From contig JBNJDT010000010.1 in assembly GCA_051745145.1 (NCBI GenBank), forward strand, positions 1 through 52,164: a stretch of 52,164 bases of DNA. The letters are read 5' to 3'. Source of the stretch: Elusimicrobiota bacterium (GTDB taxonomy: Bacteria > CG03 > SLGR01 > JAGXOG01). Below are positions 8,820 through 17,739 of this stretch, in pieces. Each line of letters starts with the position of its first letter. Positions within the stretch are counted from its first letter, which is position 1. The notes beneath the pieces were generated by a model. The model saw only the letters and a program-made list of their open reading frames with translations, was not told the origin of the DNA and made no database searches. The position numbers and the translations under genes were made by a program.

Positions 8820-10670
8820 ATGAAAGTAAAGGATTTATTGTTAAAGTTTAAAGAGATACCCGGCCGGTTGTATAAGTACTTTTTCCGGCCCAATGTTACT
8901 ATGAGTAATTCCCGGCTTAACGCCTATACTACATGTCCTCTTAAATACAGGTATTCCTATGAAGAAGGGCTTAAAGGGTTTCCCTCTTCTCACCTGCATT
9001 TTGGCAGTGTTGTACATGAGGCTTTAGAACAGTACCATGCTAAATTTGATCTGAAGGGGAAACAGGGAACTTTTGACGATTTAATGAAAGAATACGAGGA
9101 GGCCTGGGACAGAATAAAAGAGGATATGCTCCAGCAGGTAAGCGGCCCGCCTTTAAGACGATGGAAAGTTGCCCTGTCCGAAGCGGAAGTAAGCGAGGAA
9201 GATATAGAACAGACTCTCAGTGATTTAACTACCATATACGAAGATGAGGAGGAAGAAGAGAGTTTCAGGGAGCGGGGGGTAAGAATGCTGGAAAATTATT
9301 TTAAAGATAATCAGACTAATCCCAACGATATAATTGCCCTGGAAAAACCGCTGACCATAACCCACCGGGGAATAGATATTCTTGCCTATCTGGACAGAAT
9401 AGAAAGGACTCCGGAAGGGGAGATAGAAGTTGTAGATTATAAGACCGGTAAAAAGACCAAGGGGGAAGAGGATATTATGCTGGGGGGAGATACCCAGGCA
9501 ATGATTTACACTATGATGGTTGAAAAAAAATGGAAACAGAAGTTGAAAAATTTCTATTTTTACTACCTTTCCAACCGCAATAGAGTGGCCTGTAATCCCC
9601 ACGATAATTTAATTAAGGATACTTTTGAAGATATTCAGGAAACGGTAAAAAATATTAAGTATGAAAATTTTGATCCAGATCCCGGGGCCCTGTGTGACTG
9701 GTGTGATTACCAGGTGATATGCGAGGAGTGGAAGGGAAAGATGTCAGAATATAAAGGCATTTTCCGTAAAGCAAAAAATGACGAAGGCCGGATGGGTTTT
9801 TCCTATTCTAAAATGAGCGCTTTTCAAAAATGTCCCTATAATTACCGCAAATTATATGTTGACAATGTTGCGCCCAAGCCCCAGCCGTTTTTTGCCATAG
9901 GTCATTCCTGCCACGAGACATTTGAAGAATTTTTTACCTATCCCTACCAGCCGTCTTTAAAACAGCTAAGACGCATGTTTGAAGATAACTGGCACAGCGA
10001 GGGATATAAAACCCGGGAAGAAGAACGGGAAAATTTTGAAAAAGGATGGCAGTGGGTTAAAAATTACTACAATAAATACGTAGACGGCCAGTACATCCAG
10101 GCCTATGCCGTAGAACCCTACTTCCAGCTGCCTATCGGAGATGATTATGTAATAATAGGTTATATAGACCGTCTCCAGAAAAATCCGGACGGGACTTTTC
10201 AAATTTTAGATTACAAGACGGATCCTAAGATGAGAAGCCAGGAAGAAGTGGACGGCGATCTGCAGCTTACTTCCTACTACTGGGCTATGAAACAGTTTGG
10301 TATCGACGTTAAATCTCTTTCTCTTGAATTTTTAAAATTTACGGATCGTATTGTCACAACCCGGACCGATGAGGATATACCGGTGTTTATAAATGAGGTA
10401 AATGAAACTATAAGTACTATGGTTAAAAAGCAGCAGGAACTTGAAAAGTTCAAAGATTTCCCGAAAAAGAAAAGAGAGGAGAAAGCCGTTGAATTATTTC
10501 CTCCCAAGATAAACAAATACTGCGGCGGGTGCGATCATCTTATCGGCTGTCCGAAAGAACAGAAGATAAGAACTGAGTACAAAGATAAAGTGATGAATTT
10601 GCAGGAAGAACCTATGCCCGAACCCGATCTTGACGAAGAGGAGAGTGAAGAAGACAAATATGGAAGATAA
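8820..10670 (+). CDS. Tandem double PD-(D/E)XK nuclease (two RecB/AddB/Cas4-like domains, each with four Cys for a putative Fe-S cluster)
   Basis: Domain 1: SNSRL..CPLKY..GSVVH..LDRIE..DYKTG..QAMIY..CDWCDYQVIC. Domain 2: SYSKM..CPYNY..GHSCH..IDRLQ..DYKT..QLTSY..CGGCDHLIGC. Confidence 0.88.
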   Translation: MKVKDLLLKFKEIPGRLYKYFFRPNVTMSNSRLNAYTTCPLKYRYSYEEGLKGFPSSHLHFGSVVHEALEQYHAKFDLKGKQGTFDDLMKEYEEAWDRIKEDMLQQVSGPPLRRWKVALSEAEVSEEDIEQTLSDLTTIYEDEEEEESFRERGVRMLENYFKDNQTNPNDIIALEKPLTITHRGIDILAYLDRIERTPEGEIEVVDYKTGKKTKGEEDIMLGGDTQAMIYTMMVEKKWKQKLKNFYFYYLSNRNRVACNPHDNLIKDTFEDIQETVKNIKYENFDPDPGALCDWCDYQVICEEWKGKMSEYKGIFRKAKNDEGRMGFSYSKMSAFQKCPYNYRKLYVDNVAPKPQPFFAIGHSCHETFEEFFTYPYQPSLKQLRRMFEDNWHSEGYKTREEERENFEKGWQWVKNYYNKYVDGQYIQAYAVEPYFQLPIGDDYVIIGYIDRLQKNPDGTFQILDYKTDPKMRSQEEVDGDLQLTSYYWAMKQFGIDVKSLSLEFLKFTDRIVTTRTDEDIPVFINEVNETISTMVKKQQELEKFKDFPKKKREEKAVELFPPKINKYCGGCDHLIGCPKEQKIRTEYKDKVMNLQEEPMPEPDLDEEESEEDKYGR

Positions 10671-11637
10671 AAAGATAAAAAGAAAAAAGACCAGAGCTCT
10701 TATAATAGTATCGATATTTGTGGCGATAACTGTCGGTCTGATTTTATTTTTATTATTTTCTCCTCAGTTCAGCGATTTAAGAACCGGGCTTTTAGAGGAA
10801 AAGGAACTCTCCGATAAGTTAGTTGAAGTTACTTATCTATATGTGGGACAGGGGGACGCCACTTTAATAAGAGATGTCCGGGACGGCGGTAAAGTTATGT
10901 TAATAGACGGAGGCCCGTCTCCGGAAGTGGAAGAATATGTCTCCGGAATTTCAAAAGAAAATAGAGCTAAAACAACTATTGGGCCCTACCTTGAAGAAAA
11001 AGGCATAGATAAGATTGACTACCTGGTAGAATCCCATAAACACGGAGATCACCTGGGAGGGTTTACCTATATTTTAAATAATTTTGAGGTGGATACTTAT
11101 TACAATAACGGGACAGTTCATACCTCTTCGGCTGCGGAAAAAGTGTATAATCTTTTAGACCAAAAAACTGATGTGAAAGTTAAGACCGCCGGCGCGGGAG
11201 ATGTGATACCTTTCGGCGATGAAATTACCTGCCAGGTACTCGGTCCCCTGAGAAAGTATGAGAATACGGCTGCCGATGAGAACAATAATTCTCTTGTTTT
11301 ACGGTTGACCGCCAATAATGTCTCTTTTCTGTTCCCCGGTGATGCCCAGATAGTATCCGAACTCGATTTAACAAGTTACGGGCCCGGTTTACAAACTACG
11401 ATAATGAAGGTTCCCCATCACGGATCGACCTCTTCAAGCAGCTGGCCGTTTTTAGATTTAGTTCAGCCCAAAGCGGCGGTATTTTCGTGCGGCCGTAATA
11501 ATCCGTACGGGTTTCCGTCTTTTAAAATAATGCGCAGATATGAAAATTTAGGAGCTGAAATATACAGAACTGACCTGGACGGCAGTATAACTGCCGTAAC
11601 TGACGGCAATACTTATCAGTTTTCTACTCAAAGATAA
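10660..11637 (+). CDS. Stand-alone ComEC-type metallo-beta-lactamase-fold hydrolase with N-terminal membrane anchor
   Basis: Basic N-terminus plus TM helix; VGQGDA, IDGG, SHKHGDHLGG, ENNNS, GDA, VPHHGS, YRTDLDG. ATG at 10660 preferred over TTG at 10630. Confidence 0.88.
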   Translation: MEDKKIKRKKTRALIIVSIFVAITVGLILFLLFSPQFSDLRTGLLEEKELSDKLVEVTYLYVGQGDATLIRDVRDGGKVMLIDGGPSPEVEEYVSGISKENRAKTTIGPYLEEKGIDKIDYLVESHKHGDHLGGFTYILNNFEVDTYYNNGTVHTSSAAEKVYNLLDQKTDVKVKTAGAGDVIPFGDEITCQVLGPLRKYENTAADENNNSLVLRLTANNVSFLFPGDAQIVSELDLTSYGPGLQTTIMKVPHHGSTSSSSWPFLDLVQPKAAVFSCGRNNPYGFPSFKIMRRYENLGAEIYRTDLDGSITAVTDGNTYQFSTQR

Positions 11638-11651
11638 AAGGGGGTTGTAAA

Positions 11652-12206
11652 TTGGATAAAACAAAATGGCGAAAAGTTTTAGCCGGGAAAATATTGTACT
11701 TAAAATATGCCGGGATAATCTTTTTAGTTTTAGGGGCTACCGCGGTGTCGGTAGGGGCTGATTTTTACAATTCTCTTAAATATTATATAAACGGCTGTCT
11801 TTCGGAAATCCCTCTATCATCAGAGATAATGTCCGGTATGAACCAGGTTCTGTATTCTAAGATAGTGGTTTTTTTAGTTGTAGCCGCAGCCTTGAGTTTA
11901 CTTGCCGCGTATAAAATTTTTTCTCCGGTTTATAAACTTAAAAAAGCTATGAAAAAAGTGGAAAACGGGAATATCGACCATAAGATGAACCGGGAAAAAA
12001 ATGAAACTTACCTGTCCGGCGGGTTTAACGATATGATGGATTCTATAAGAAAAAGACGGGATGCTGATATAGAGACTGTAAATAAAAATCTCTCCGAACT
12101 GGAAGGTTTACAGGAAAAAATTATTGAAGATGATATAAAAGAGGATATAGAAAGAGTAAAAGAAAATTTAACTTATGTAAAAAATAATTGGCGAGGAAAA
12201 ACCTAA
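11652..12206 (+). CDS. Two-TM HAMP domain protein without output domain
   Basis: Two hydrophobic segments, then PVYKLKKAMKKVENGNID..E..L..GFNDMMDSI and a short coiled coil; TTG start after AGGGGG. Confidence 0.7.
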   Translation: MDKTKWRKVLAGKILYLKYAGIIFLVLGATAVSVGADFYNSLKYYINGCLSEIPLSSEIMSGMNQVLYSKIVVFLVVAAALSLLAAYKIFSPVYKLKKAMKKVENGNIDHKMNREKNETYLSGGFNDMMDSIRKRRDADIETVNKNLSELEGLQEKIIEDDIKEDIERVKENLTYVKNNWRGKT

Positions 12207-12640
12207 ACAGCGGTAAAAGACCCGGCAAGTCCGGGTTTGTGAAAGTTATTGGTTTTATAATATTTTTTGGTATAGTCGGCGCCGGCGGCTGGTTATACGA
12301 AGAAGGGAGATTAAAACGGTTTATAGATACCTATCTTAATAATACTGCCCCGCAGCCGGATCAATTAGAAAACAAATTTGTAAATGTTACGGTCAGGGGG
12401 GAGGTAAAAAAACCGGGCACTTATAAAATTAACCGGGGGGCTACTTTGGGAGAACTTGTTAAAAAAGCAGGGGGATTTACCCGCCTGGCCGATTATAAGC
12501 AGCTGGATTTAAATTTTAAGATAGAACAGAATATGTTAATTGCCGTCCCCGAAAACCGGAGTTTATTAAAAAGAATCGGTGTGGGGGAAGCTCCCGAGGA
12601 AACGTACATCGATCCGCCGGTAGTGATAGAAGAAAAATAA
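12188..12640 (+). CDS. Membrane-anchored SLBB-domain protein (ComEA N-terminal-like, no HhH)
   Basis: TM helix, then VTVRGEVKKPGTY..GATLGELVKKAGGFT..AD...LDL..IAVP. Confidence 0.75.
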   Translation: MARKNLNSGKRPGKSGFVKVIGFIIFFGIVGAGGWLYEEGRLKRFIDTYLNNTAPQPDQLENKFVNVTVRGEVKKPGTYKINRGATLGELVKKAGGFTRLADYKQLDLNFKIEQNMLIAVPENRSLLKRIGVGEAPEETYIDPPVVIEEK

Positions 12641-12652
12641 TTAACATTAAAA

Positions 12653-14773
12653 GTGAAAATACAGGATAAGTACACCCCGTTATTTTTTCCCCTGCTGACT
12701 GTCGCCTGTGGTATTATAACCGGCCGGTTTTTACCTTCTGGCGCTGGGTTTATATATTTTACCGGAATTATAACTTCACTGTTATTTATTCTGTGGCTTA
12801 AATACGGCAATTCTAAAATTATACTCATTCCTCTCTATACATTTCTTTTTTTATTTTCCTGGTTTAATTTTTCTAAAGCTACGACTCCCGGCGCCGAAGA
12901 TATTGCTAATTTAGTGCCGTTTAAGGGCCAGGTAACTGGCCGCGTTTTACTTTCAACGCGTATGCAGACGGCTAGAATTAAAAAGATAGACGGAAAGGTC
13001 AAAGAAGGCGGCGTAATTCTGTTAAATTATGACGGTTCCGATTTGCCGTCGGGGAGCCTTGTTAAAATCCGGGGAAATTTTAAAAAGCCCCCCGGAAAAA
13101 TTAATCCCGGTCAGTTTGATTTTAAAAAATACTTAAAACTGAAGGGGATTTTCACTACAGTCCAGGTAACTGAAATAGAAAAGGTCTCCATAAGTCCGCC
13201 GGGCGCTTTTTTAAGCAGAATAAGAGAATATATATCCCGTAAGCTAGAAAACTATTTTCCAGAGGAAAAAGGAAAGATATTAAACGGTATGCTTCTGGGA
13301 CGTCCCGGTGAACTTTCGGATTTGCGGCGCCAGAAATTCAGGGATGCGGGTATAAGCCACATACTGGCGGTTTCGGGGCTTCACGTCGGGCTGGTATTGT
13401 ATGCAGTCTATTATATACTGACCGCTTTTAAATTTAGAACAAATTTTGCCATGGCAATATCTCTTCTGGCAATGGGAGTATATATTTTTGTCACCGGGGC
13501 CCGGCCTTCGGCCTTAAGGGCCGGTTTTATGCTGTCTTTACTTTTTCTGGGAGATCTCTGGGGCGGCCGGGGGAATCCCATGAATTGTCTTTTTCTGGCC
13601 GGGATGATATTATTATTAGTAAATCCGGGGCAGCTTTTTACTGCCGGTTTTCTTCTCTCTTTTCTGGCCGTGTGGGGAATTCTCTATTTGACCCCTGTTT
13701 TAGAGAGAGTACCCTATCTCCCGGTATATTTTTGTGTATCCCTGGCTGCCATCCTGGGAATTTTACCCGTAATAGCCTGGAATTTCTATTATCTTCCTCT
13801 TTTGGCACCCCTGATAAATCTTTTTGTCGTACCCCTGGCCGGAATTATTGTAAATTTAGGACTCTTTTTTTTAGCTATCTCCGGGATATCATCCTTTTTA
13901 GGGGAAATATATGCAGTTTCGATAAGTTACGTGGTGGGTATATTAGAATATCTGACCGATATTGTCTATGAATTGGGGATAGGGGGAGTAGACTACCCCC
14001 GTCCGCTTTTTACAGGGATAATCGGATACTATGTGTTCTTAATATTTCTGGGCGTAAGACAAAGAAGGATTAAAAAAATCGGTCTTTTTACAGGACTGCT
14101 GTTATTTATTCCGTCTGCGGTTCAAAACCACCGTCCGGATAATTATCTGGCGGCTATTAAAAGTTACAACAATATATCCTATATAATCAGTAAAGAAGGC
14201 GAAACTATATTTTTAAAGGGAAAAGGAGAAATAGTTTTTGAAAGAGTGGATAATTTTTTAAAATTTTCCGGCACCAAAAAGATAGAAGATATATATGTAA
14301 TTCATCCTGTATTTAAAGAGCCCGGCCAGCTGGCAGAACTGGCTAACAGTTACAAAGCTGAGAATATATATTATTCGGGAGTAACAGGATTTGAAAAAGG
14401 GTGGCTCGATTTTAAGGACAGGTTGTCAGAGAGTAAAATAAGAAAAGTGGAGCGGGGAAAAATGATTGATTACGGTGCTTACCGGGTAAAAATAACCGAA
14501 CCTGTCCTTGAATTTGCGGATATAAGAGACAATATAGTACAGATGGAAATTTTTGATTTTAATAGAGACGGCAATATATTTGTCTATGCCGGGGGCAATT
14601 TACCAAAAAAAGAATACTCTTTAATTATTGCCATAGATCCGTACCGGCCGGAGTGGAAGGAAATAATCCCTTATTCTGAAAAAGATATTATTTATTCGGG
14701 GAAAGCCCCCTTTCCGCCGGGGGTGGTCCGGATAAAAGAAAAAGGGTTTATTGAAAAGCTGAATAAGTATTGA
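12653..14773 (+). CDS. comEC: Second ComEC/Rec2 family competence protein with highly degenerate C-terminal MBL-like region
   Basis: NPGQFDFKKYL; GISHILAVSGLHVG; TGARPSALRA; GFLLSF; NLFVVPL; GTG start. Confidence 0.88.
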   Translation: MKIQDKYTPLFFPLLTVACGIITGRFLPSGAGFIYFTGIITSLLFILWLKYGNSKIILIPLYTFLFLFSWFNFSKATTPGAEDIANLVPFKGQVTGRVLLSTRMQTARIKKIDGKVKEGGVILLNYDGSDLPSGSLVKIRGNFKKPPGKINPGQFDFKKYLKLKGIFTTVQVTEIEKVSISPPGAFLSRIREYISRKLENYFPEEKGKILNGMLLGRPGELSDLRRQKFRDAGISHILAVSGLHVGLVLYAVYYILTAFKFRTNFAMAISLLAMGVYIFVTGARPSALRAGFMLSLLFLGDLWGGRGNPMNCLFLAGMILLLVNPGQLFTAGFLLSFLAVWGILYLTPVLERVPYLPVYFCVSLAAILGILPVIAWNFYYLPLLAPLINLFVVPLAGIIVNLGLFFLAISGISSFLGEIYAVSISYVVGILEYLTDIVYELGIGGVDYPRPLFTGIIGYYVFLIFLGVRQRRIKKIGLFTGLLLFIPSAVQNHRPDNYLAAIKSYNNISYIISKEGETIFLKGKGEIVFERVDNFLKFSGTKKIEDIYVIHPVFKEPGQLAELANSYKAENIYYSGVTGFEKGWLDFKDRLSESKIRKVERGKMIDYGAYRVKITEPVLEFADIRDNIVQMEIFDFNRDGNIFVYAGGNLPKKEYSLIIAIDPYRPEWKEIIPYSEKDIIYSGKAPFPPGVVRIKEKGFIEKLNKY

Positions 14774-15746
14774 TCTGCCGGCGGCAATTTTTTTCAAAAA
14801 GGCCAATTATATGGAGAACTGTATCTTTATCTGTTGTGTTGAAAACTTTTTCTCTCAGGGGCCGGGCGTATTTAAAATAACGGGTGTAGTGTACAAAATA
14901 CTTGCGGAACCGGTAAATACCGTTTTCGGTATTAAAATATTTTGTGAGAAGATCCAGGTGTTCTCTCATTACACCGGAAATTTTTTTAACGCCGGCCAGG
15001 GGATTTAATTTTCCGGTATTCAAGTACTCTTTTATATCCCTGAATATCCACGGGTTACCGTAAGTTCCCCGGGCAACAAGCAGGCCGTCACATCCGGTTT
15101 TATCCAGCATCATTTCAGCGGCCATAGGAGAGAAAATATCACCGCTTCCTATTACGGGTATATCCACGCTGTCAACAACTTTTTTTATGGTTTTGTAGTC
15201 CACGGATTTTTTAAATCCCTGCATTCTGTGCCGGCCGTGGATAAATATTGCTTTTACTCCTGCATCCCGGGCCTGTCTGGCTACAAGGGGAGCATTTAAC
15301 GAATTTTTATCCCATCCGGCCCTGAGTTTTAAAGTTACGGGCCGTCCGGATTCTTTTACTATTGCTTTTAAAATATCTCTTAACTTTTCGGGGGTCTGCA
15401 TTAACGCCGCGCCCGCTCCTTTTTTTACTACTTTTTTAGCGGGGCATCCGGCATTTATATCCAGCAGAGCATGGGGGTAATCTTTGATTTTTTCAAGGGC
15501 TTTCAGAAAATATTTTTTTTTGGAACCCTCCAGTTGAATTCCCAGCGGTCGGTCGTCTTTAGTGGTCTGCATTAATTTAAAGGTTTTCCGGTTTTTATAG
15601 GAAAGTCCCCGCACGTTTACCATCTCCGTAAAAGCGAATTTACAGCCGTATTTGCGGTTGATAAGCCGGTAGGGCAGGTCGGTAACTCCGGCCATGGGAG
15701 CCATTATTAAATTTGTATTGATTTTATAATTTTCTATTTTTATCAT
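14748..15746 (-). CDS. dusB: tRNA-dihydrouridine synthase B
   Basis: APMAGVTD, DINAGCP, GAGAALM, IHGR, GSGDI, ARG..GNPWIF. Confidence 0.9.
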   Translation of the reverse strand: MIKIENYKINTNLIMAPMAGVTDLPYRLINRKYGCKFAFTEMVNVRGLSYKNRKTFKLMQTTKDDRPLGIQLEGSKKKYFLKALEKIKDYPHALLDINAGCPAKKVVKKGAGAALMQTPEKLRDILKAIVKESGRPVTLKLRAGWDKNSLNAPLVARQARDAGVKAIFIHGRHRMQGFKKSVDYKTIKKVVDSVDIPVIGSGDIFSPMAAEMMLDKTGCDGLLVARGTYGNPWIFRDIKEYLNTGKLNPLAGVKKISGVMREHLDLLTKYFNTENGIYRFRKYFVHYTRYFKYARPLREKVFNTTDKDTVLHIIGLFEKNCRRQINTYSAFQ

Positions 15747-15788
15747 ATAATAATAATTTAACAGTAAATTCGCTAAAAACCCGTTTCA

Positions 15789-15832
15789 TTGACAATGGGG
15801 TACCTTGCAAGTAATAATTTAAATATTATAAT
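15789..15832 (+). promoter_or_regulatory. Candidate sigma70 promoter(s) for the arg/lys operon
   Basis: TTGACA at 15789-15794 with TAATAA 17 bp later; also TTGCAA (15805-15810), 16 bp spacer, TATAAT (15827-15832). Confidence 0.5.
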
Positions 15833-15838
15833 AAAATT

Positions 15839-16573
15839 ATGAATAAAAAAGAAATTATTGTCTATAAAATAGGAGGGGGAGTTCTTAAGGATAAAACGGA
15901 CTTAAAAAATACAGTAGAATGTCTTGAAATTCTGCCGGGGTCCACTGTTTTTGTCCACGGCGGGGGAGATCTTATTGACAGCTGGCTGGACCGGATGAAA
16001 ATGGATGTGAATTTTATAAACGGCCAGCGGGTTACGGATGATATTACCATGGAACTGGTGGAAATGGTTCTGTCCGGTTCGGTAAATAAGACTTTAACCC
16101 GGGTGTTATCAGAAAGCGGATATAAAGCCGTAGGGCTGAGCGGCCGGGACGGGGGAATGGCTGCCGCTGAATTTATTGATTCTAAACTCGGAAGAGTTGG
16201 AAAGATAACAAATTTTAATCCGGATATATTAAAAGATTTGCTGGAAAAAGAGTATATTCCGGTTTTAAGTCCTGTATCCACGGCTCCCGATGGCGGAAAA
16301 ATAAATGTAAATGCCGATTTTTTTGCTTCCCGGGCCGCTTCCGTTTTAAAAGCTAAAGTTTTAAATATAATAACTTCAACAGGGGGGGTCTTAAAGGAGG
16401 GAAATATAATAAATAATATTGAATGTAAAGAGGTCACCGGTTTAATAGGCAGCGCTGTGGTATCCGAAGGTATGATACCCAAGCTCCAGGCGGCTGTTCG
16501 GGCAATAGAAGGCGGAGCGAAAAGCGTTGAGCTTTTGAATTACAGTGGAAATAAGGGGACATGTATAAGATGA
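15839..16573 (+). CDS. argB: Acetylglutamate kinase
   Basis: KIGG, VHGGG, GQRVTD, GLSGRDG, NVNAD, GMIPK. Confidence 0.92.
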   Translation: MNKKEIIVYKIGGGVLKDKTDLKNTVECLEILPGSTVFVHGGGDLIDSWLDRMKMDVNFINGQRVTDDITMELVEMVLSGSVNKTLTRVLSESGYKAVGLSGRDGGMAAAEFIDSKLGRVGKITNFNPDILKDLLEKEYIPVLSPVSTAPDGGKINVNADFFASRAASVLKAKVLNIITSTGGVLKEGNIINNIECKEVTGLIGSAVVSEGMIPKLQAAVRAIEGGAKSVELLNYSGNKGTCIR

Positions 16574-17739
16574 GTTCACTGCTCCCGGTATATAATCAGT
16601 TGGATATAGAGGTGGATAAGGCTGAGGGTAAATATGTCTGGGATACCGAAGGTAAAAAATATACGGATTTTTTCAGCGGTATATCGGTAACTAATTTAGG
16701 ACACAGGCCCCCGGAAGTAGTTGAAGCGATCAACAATATAACAGACAGTTATCTACATATATCAAATTTATTTCCCGAGAAATTACAGATAGAATTTGCC
16801 GATCTACTGACAGATAGAATTTTTCCGGACGGATCCGGGAAAATATTTTTTTCAAATTCCGGAGCTGAAGCTAATGAGTGCGGTTTAAAAATTGCCCGCA
16901 AATATTTTAACGGCGATAAATTTATAACTATAACTTTTAAAAATTCTTTTCACGGCAGAACATTAGCTACCCTGGCGGCTACCGGACAGAAAAAATTCAG
17001 GGAAGGTTTTGGACCTATGCCCCGGGGGTATAAGCATGTGGATTTTAATTTTCTGGCGTCGGTGGAGGATAAAATAGATTCGGATACATGCGCGATTATG
17101 GTTGAGCCCATCCAGGGCGAGGGCGGAGTCATCCCGGCGAAGGAAAAATTCATGACCGGCCTTAGGGAAATATGTGATAAGAAGAGAATTCTTTTAATTG
17201 CCGATGAAATTCAGACCGGTCTGGGCAGAACCGGCCAGTTTTTAGGATGTCAAAATTACGGTATTATTCCGGATATAGTAACCCTGGGCAAAGCGCTCGG
17301 CGGCGGCCTGCCCCTTGCCGCAACGGCAGTTACCGATGAAGTAGCCGAATGCATGGAGTACGGGGACCACGGTTCTACTTTCGGAGGGAATCCGGTTGCC
17401 TGCGCTGCGGGACTGGCTACCGTAAAAAATATAGATGAGCAAATGCTGTCCCGGGTCCGGGAAAAGGGCGATTATTTTAAAGAAAAACTTCTGGAACTTT
17501 CCCGTAAATACAGAGTTGTACGGGAAGTACGGGGAAAAGGACTTATGCTGGGTATGGAACTTGGCGATGCCGGTAAAGAGCTTATTAGTTATCTTCTGGA
17601 TAAAGGTTATATAGCTAACTGTACTCAGAAAAAAATAATAAGATTTTTACCGCCGTTTACAATAGACCGGGAGGACATAGATAACATCACCGGTTGTATA
17701 GAGGAATATTTTGATATAAAGAAAGAGGAAAAATTATGA
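16570..17739 (+). CDS. argD: Acetylornithine aminotransferase
   Basis: NSGAEANE, SFHGRT, EPIQGEGG, DEIQTG, GKALGGG, HGSTFGGNP; ATGA overlap with argB. Confidence 0.92.
   Translation: MSSLLPVYNQLDIEVDKAEGKYVWDTEGKKYTDFFSGISVTNLGHRPPEVVEAINNITDSYLHISNLFPEKLQIEFADLLTDRIFPDGSGKIFFSNSGAEANECGLKIARKYFNGDKFITITFKNSFHGRTLATLAATGQKKFREGFGPMPRGYKHVDFNFLASVEDKIDSDTCAIMVEPIQGEGGVIPAKEKFMTGLREICDKKRILLIADEIQTGLGRTGQFLGCQNYGIIPDIVTLGKALGGGLPLAATAVTDEVAECMEYGDHGSTFGGNPVACAAGLATVKNIDEQMLSRVREKGDYFKEKLLELSRKYRVVREVRGKGLMLGMELGDAGKELISYLLDKGYIANCTQKKIIRFLPPFTIDREDIDNITGCIEEYFDIKKEEKL

Noticed and set aside
8820..10670. Cas4 as part of a CRISPR-Cas locus
   Set aside because: No cas1/cas2, effector genes or repeat-spacer array in the window; motifs fit the wider RecB/AddB-like family.
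15862..16482. Long antisense ORFs (206 aa here; also 23644-24216, 29452-30042, 19875-20300)
   Set aside because: Shadows of well-supported housekeeping genes with no protein motifs.
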